A stretch of 38,424 nucleotides of DNA, from NCBI GenBank assembly GCA_035285125.1, contig JAYKHR010000102.1:1-38424 (forward strand), in the 5' to 3' direction. The position numbers were made by a program, and so were the translations under genes. The DNA comes from Candidatus Sericytochromatia bacterium. Its GTDB lineage: Bacteria; Cyanobacteriota; Sericytochromatia; S15B-MN24; JAQBPE01. The notes beneath the pieces were generated by a model, which was given only the letters and a program-made list of their open reading frames with translations, had not been told where the DNA came from and did no database searches. Shown in pieces: positions 32,721-38,424 of this stretch (position 1 is its first letter; every line of letters starts with the position of its first letter).

Positions 32721-33401
32721 ATGGGAAACAGCCTCGTCTTCTTGCAACGCGTCTCCATTTTCAGCGGGGTCGGGCAGGACAGCCTCGAACGCATCGCCAG
32801 CATCACCCAGGAAAAGAGCTTTCCCAAGAAGAGCATCATCTTCCACGAGGGTGATCGTGGGGACACGCTTTATATCCTGAAGTCCGGCCGGGTCAAGATC
32901 TCCAAGATCACCGAGGATGGCCGCGAGAAGACCCTCGCGCTCATGCAACCCGGCGAGTTCTTCGGTGAGATGGCCATCTTCGACGAGCAGAGCCGGTCGG
33001 CGACGGCCGAGGTGCTCGACGAGCAGGCCGTGGTCTTCACGCTCGCCAAGCGCGACTTCGAGCGCCTCATCATCGAGCACCCGACCATCGCCCTCAAGAT
33101 CATGCGCGACCTCACGCGCCGCATCCGCCTGGTGAACCAGCAGGTCGAGGACCTCGCCTTCAAGGACGTCCACGAGCGGGTGGCGAGCACCCTCAAGAAC
33201 TTGGCCGAGGTCGAGGGTCGGCCCATCGGCGCCAAGGTGCTCATCAACCTCAAGATGACGCACCAGGACCTCGCCAACATGGTCGGGTCCTCGCGAGAGA
33301 CCGTCACCCGGGCGCTGAACCGCCTGCAGGACGAGGGCATCATCTCGATCTCGCACCAGCAAATCACGATCAACCAGCCCAAGCAGCTGCAGATCTGGTA
33401 A
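32721..33401 (+). CDS. Crp/Fnr family transcriptional regulator (CRP-like)
   Basis: cNMP-binding domain (IFHEGD, FFGEMA, RSAT) and HTH with recognition helix MVGSSRETVTR. Confidence 0.93.
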   Translation: MGNSLVFLQRVSIFSGVGQDSLERIASITQEKSFPKKSIIFHEGDRGDTLYILKSGRVKISKITEDGREKTLALMQPGEFFGEMAIFDEQSRSATAEVLDEQAVVFTLAKRDFERLIIEHPTIALKIMRDLTRRIRLVNQQVEDLAFKDVHERVASTLKNLAEVEGRPIGAKVLINLKMTHQDLANMVGSSRETVTRALNRLQDEGIISISHQQITINQPKQLQIW

Positions 33402-33424
33402 GTATTCCGACACCCTCCTTCTGA

Positions 33425-34849
<1,425 letters not shown>

Positions 34850-34895
34850 AAAACCAGGAGAGGCCTTGGTTTTGGCTTTGGCCCGGAGGCCTTTC

Positions 34896-35441
34896 ATGAG
34901 CACAGGCACCGCCGCATACGGCCACCCCAGGCTCAACGAACTGCTCCAGCAGGCGGCCCAGACGCCCTTCATTGGGCAGGTGCTGATTCAGACGCTGCGC
35001 GACCTGGTGCATCCCCAGGACCGCATCCTGGTCTGCTACCCGATCATCGAGACCTCGGGCGGGACTGCGGAGCGCGACTTCACCTACTACTCGGTGAACG
35101 TCGTGCTCGTGACGACGGCCTTCTTCATCCGCATCAACTTCTACCCCAAGACCCACCTGGCCTCCAAGAAGCGCATTCACCTGTTGAACGAGCTCAAGTG
35201 GGAGTATCCGGCCCCCGCGATGGAGGACCTCACGGGCATCCGATCCGATTTCGTCCCCGCGCGCGTCAAGCTCGAGGCGCACTTCGGCAGCGATCGCGGG
35301 ACGCCAGTGGAGGTCTGGGTGGCCGAGGCGAGCGACGCGAACCACGTTCGGGACCTGATGGAGGCCAATCGGGTGCTGGGGCGGTTGGTGGGCATGCCGC
35401 TTTCTCAGGCTGCCGCCCCCACGGCCCAGGCAGGGGCGTGA
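34896..35441 (+). CDS. Hypothetical protein
   Basis: GGAGG RBS before ATG 34896, genome-typical codon usage, and co-orientation between serS and pilT. Confidence 0.7.
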   Translation: MSTGTAAYGHPRLNELLQQAAQTPFIGQVLIQTLRDLVHPQDRILVCYPIIETSGGTAERDFTYYSVNVVLVTTAFFIRINFYPKTHLASKKRIHLLNELKWEYPAPAMEDLTGIRSDFVPARVKLEAHFGSDRGTPVEVWVAEASDANHVRDLMEANRVLGRLVGMPLSQAAAPTAQAGA

Positions 35442-35521
35442 GCCCCTCACCGGGGACCCTCGTATGTCGCCCTTGGTCGCCTTGCCCGGCCCGCTGAAGC
35501 CTCGGATGGGAGCCTGACACC

Positions 35522-36604
35522 GTGCATATCCTCGACTTTCTTCGGGTGGCGGTCCACAAAGGGGCCTCCGACATTCACATCAAGACCAACAGCCCGCCGA
35601 TGCTTCGGATCGACGGCCGCATCGTGCCGACGGAGTGGCCCTCGCTCACGTCGGACGAGGCCCGCCAGTCGCTGTTCGCCATCATGACCTCCGAGCAGCG
35701 CGAACGCTTCGAGCGAAACAAGGAAATGGACATGTCGCTGATTATCGACGGCCTGGCCCGCTTCCGAATGAACGTGTACTCCGAGCAGGGAGCCATCGGC
35801 GCGGCGCTGCGCGTTATCCCGATGGAACCCATCCCGATGGACGACCTGTCTCTCCCGCCCGTGCTCAAGAAGCTCGCGCTGGAGCGTCAGGGGCTGGTGC
35901 TGGTCACGGGGCCCACGGGCTCCGGCAAATCCACCACCCTCGCGGCGATGGTCGACTTCATCAACACCACGAAGGACGTCCACATCGTCACGATCGAGGA
36001 CCCCATCGAGTTCTTCTACACCAACAAGAAGTCCATCGTGACGCAGCGCGAGCTCGGCACAGACACCCCGACTTTCCCGATGGCGCTGAAGTACGCCTTG
36101 CGTCAGGACCCCGACGTGATCCTGATTGGTGAAATGCGTGACCAGGAGACCATCCTGGCGGCTATGAAGGCCGCCGAGACCGGCCACTTGGTGCTCTCCA
36201 CGCTGCACACCACAGACGCGGTGCAGACCATCACCCGAATCTTGAACTACTTCCCGCCCGAAGAGCGGGAGGCGCTCCGGCACGAACTCGCCGTCGTGCT
36301 CAAGGGCTGCATCGCCCAGCGCCTCATCCAGCGCTCGGACGGCCCGGGCCGCGTGGCGTGCCACGAGATCCTGATCGGGACCCCGACGGTCTCGGACCTC
36401 ATCCAGAAGAACGAGATCGGCTCGTGCTACGACATCATTGCCCAGGGCGGTATGGACGGCATGATGTCGATGAACAACGCCATCTTCAACTACTACCAGG
36501 ACGAAATCATCTCGCTGGACGACGCGCTCAGCTACTCGGACAATCCGAACGAGCTTCAGCGGATGATGCGCGGCGCCTTCCACGGGTCTGGCCTGGGCGG
36601 CTGA
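35522..36604 (+). CDS. pilT: PilT/PilU family type IV pilus retraction ATPase
   Basis: ASDIH, Walker A GPTGSGKST, TIEDPIE, LRQDPDVILIGEMRD and ETGHLVLSTLHT. The AIRNLIRE box is diverged (TVSDLIQK), so this may be a PilU-like paralog. Confidence 0.85.
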   Translation: MHILDFLRVAVHKGASDIHIKTNSPPMLRIDGRIVPTEWPSLTSDEARQSLFAIMTSEQRERFERNKEMDMSLIIDGLARFRMNVYSEQGAIGAALRVIPMEPIPMDDLSLPPVLKKLALERQGLVLVTGPTGSGKSTTLAAMVDFINTTKDVHIVTIEDPIEFFYTNKKSIVTQRELGTDTPTFPMALKYALRQDPDVILIGEMRDQETILAAMKAAETGHLVLSTLHTTDAVQTITRILNYFPPEEREALRHELAVVLKGCIAQRLIQRSDGPGRVACHEILIGTPTVSDLIQKNEIGSCYDIIAQGGMDGMMSMNNAIFNYYQDEIISLDDALSYSDNPNELQRMMRGAFHGSGLGG

Positions 36605-36640
36605 TGCCCAGGCGGGGAGCGAGTTGGCGGCCTACGCCCG

Positions 36641-38152
36641 TCAGCCGGACTGGCCCTGCAGGCTCGCGACCTGGTTGGCGAGGTAGCTCCCCTGGGCCCT
36701 CAGGCCAGAGATGGACCGCTCCATGTTCTGGAACTGGAGGCGCAGCAGCTTTTCCCTGCGTGCCACCCGCCGCTCCTCGCCGTCGATGCGGCTGTTGAAG
36801 CGCGTGGTGGACTGGGTGGTGCTGTTGATCGCGCCGATGACGAGGCCCGGCGAGCGGCCTCCCGCCGGGCTCATGCCGTTGTAGAGGCTGGCGGTGTCGG
36901 TCAGCGAGCTCACCAGCGCCTTGAGCCTGTTCGCGATGCCGTCTCCCATCGTGCCCGCGCCCGCTCCCTGGTTCAGGCGCACGCTGCCGCCGCCCGTCGT
37001 CTCGCCGTCCTCATTGCCCAGGAGCTTGTAGAGCTTCTCCGGTTGGGATTTCAGCGCGTCGTCCAGCACCTTCTCGTCGAGCGCCAGCGAGCCGTCTCGG
37101 TTGACCGTCAGCCCGGCAGCCTTGTAGTTGGTGAAGGTGCCGTTCGTGCCGCTGTCGTCGAACTGCTCGGTGACCATCCGGTTCAGGGTCAGCGACAGGC
37201 CCCTGATGGCCGGCTCGTTGCGAAGCGGCCCCGATTTCTGGGTGGCAGAGTCGTACTTCGTGTCCTCACGCAACTGCGCCAGCACCTCGTTGTAGCGCGC
37301 CACGAGATCCCGCAGCGCCGTCTTGGCCGTGGCGAGGTCGTTGTCCAACGTGATGCTGGTGGTGCCGGCCTTGAGGGCCGTGAACGTGGTGCCCGGCAGC
37401 GCATCGACGAACGTGTTGGACGTGCTGGTGATCGCGGCGCTGCCGTCGATGCTGAGGCTGGCGTTGGTGCCGGTGGCGGTCCCCTCCGCGAGCCCGATGC
37501 TCGCGAGGTTCGGCGCGGTGCCCACCGCCGCGCCGGACTGGGCCAGGGTGAACCCGCCAGGGGCGCCCCCGGTCTTGCTGATGAGGACCAGCCGGGACTC
37601 GCTGGTGGACGAATTGGTGATGGAGGCCGTGACCGGCGAGGTTGCGCTGCCGTTGATGGCGCTGGCAAGCGACTCCAGCGTGGTGGCGGCGTTAAGCGTG
37701 AGCGTGACGGTCTTGAGGGGGTCGTTGGTGCTGGTGATCGTGTAGGTGTTGGCACCCACCGCCATCGCGTCGATGGTGTCGGTCGCCCCCCGGCCCGTGA
37801 GCCCGCCGAGCATCTTGGCGTCCGACGCGACGGCGTTCACCGTGAAGGTGTAGCTCCCCTTCGGCGCCGAGCTGGTGGCGGTCAAGGTGCCGACCGTGGG
37901 GTCCGAGGACGCACCCGCACGCCCCGCGATCGGGGAGGAGGCATAGCCCAGCGGGCCCATCACCTTGTCTGCCGCTGTGCTCAGCGCCCTCAGCTTGGTG
38001 GAGAGCGCCCTGAGCCGCTCAAGCTTGGTGTTGTTCTGGGAGATCTGGCTTTGGAGCTTGGCGATGGGGCGCCGCTCAAGCTGGATGAGCTTGTCGATCA
38101 GCGACTGTGTGTCGATGCCGCTGGCCAGCCCGCTGAACCGGATGTCGCTCAT
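36641..38152 (-). CDS. fliD: Flagellar filament capping protein FliD (HAP2)
   Basis: N-terminal FSGLASGIDTQSLIDKLIQLERRP, S.SNT motif, GL...RDGSL.LD, and C-terminal L..QF..ME. Confidence 0.92.
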   Translation of the reverse strand: MSDIRFSGLASGIDTQSLIDKLIQLERRPIAKLQSQISQNNTKLERLRALSTKLRALSTAADKVMGPLGYASSPIAGRAGASSDPTVGTLTATSSAPKGSYTFTVNAVASDAKMLGGLTGRGATDTIDAMAVGANTYTITSTNDPLKTVTLTLNAATTLESLASAINGSATSPVTASITNSSTSESRLVLISKTGGAPGGFTLAQSGAAVGTAPNLASIGLAEGTATGTNASLSIDGSAAITSTSNTFVDALPGTTFTALKAGTTSITLDNDLATAKTALRDLVARYNEVLAQLREDTKYDSATQKSGPLRNEPAIRGLSLTLNRMVTEQFDDSGTNGTFTNYKAAGLTVNRDGSLALDEKVLDDALKSQPEKLYKLLGNEDGETTGGGSVRLNQGAGAGTMGDGIANRLKALVSSLTDTASLYNGMSPAGGRSPGLVIGAINSTTQSTTRFNSRIDGEERRVARREKLLRLQFQNMERSISGLRAQGSYLANQVASLQGQSG

Positions 38153-38216
38153 GCCAAGTCCCTCCCCCGGGCCGCGCCATCCTTCCGTGGATGCGACAGA
38201 ACCCGCCTGTCATGTG

Positions 38217-38244
38217 GCATCGGTCGGGCGCGTGCCCAACTTGA
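38217..38244 (-). promoter_or_regulatory. Putative sigma28 (FliA/SigD) promoter of fliD
   Basis: - strand TCAA-N16-ACCGATGC about 65 nt upstream of the fliD ATG. fliD is classically sigma28-dependent. Confidence 0.5.
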
Positions 38245-38335
38245 GGCCTGCATGCCTTTTACCCGCGGCGTGTCGCGCACCCTTGCCCCCCCTTGCGAGA
38301 CGCCCCAGAATGGGGGGTGACAGGAGGGCTGACGG

Positions 38336-38424
38336 ATGGTGGACGGCCTCGACGACGTCACCGAGCTTGACGGCGACAACATGAAGTGGACGCGGACCTA
38401 CCTGGAGGGCGTCGGGGAACGACT
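38336..38424 (+). CDS. 5' fragment of a CDS running off the window (MVDGLDDVTELDGDNMKWTRTYLEGVGER...)
   Basis: AGGAGG RBS upstream of ATG 38336. The frame is open to the window end. Confidence 0.5.
   Translation, partial: MVDGLDDVTELDGDNMKWTRTYLEGVGER

Overview
Very GC-rich bacterial chromosomal window with about 34 genes. It is rich in predicted lipoproteins and carries fliD and a PilT/PilU ATPase. The overall style suggests a diderm such as Candidatus Sericytochromatia, but that is inference only. Recognisable genes: a SOUL heme-binding protein, ktrB/ktrA, corA, a hexapeptide acyltransferase, topA, an old-yellow-enzyme reductase, a GGDEF protein, a Sel1-repeat protein, a PHP-type metallohydrolase, an LCP protein, an M20 peptidase, an MBL hydrolase, psuG, two tandem lipoprotein subtilases, an NHL-repeat lipoprotein, a Crp regulator, serS, pilT/pilU and fliD. 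No rRNA, tRNA, CRISPR array or mobile element was seen. The top finding is that two ORFs in the track (13687..14145 and 14215..14640) form one reading frame interrupted by an in-frame TGA. The TGA sits in the rhodanese active-site loop (YCA-U-PDEHSS) and is followed by a SECIS-like hairpin, predicting an exported selenocysteine rhodanese fused to a c-type cytochrome. Other findings: a toxin-like protein with a C-terminal R-S-E ADP-ribosyltransferase signature; a DUF2442-like plus 8x MshEN-like protein next to a diguanylate cyclase; two paralogous lipoproteins sharing an unrecognised 2-Cys domain; a conserved promoter with 11-bp-spaced TTAA repeats; a CRP box upstream of crp; and two lipoproteins ending in a tethered C-terminal beta-strand.
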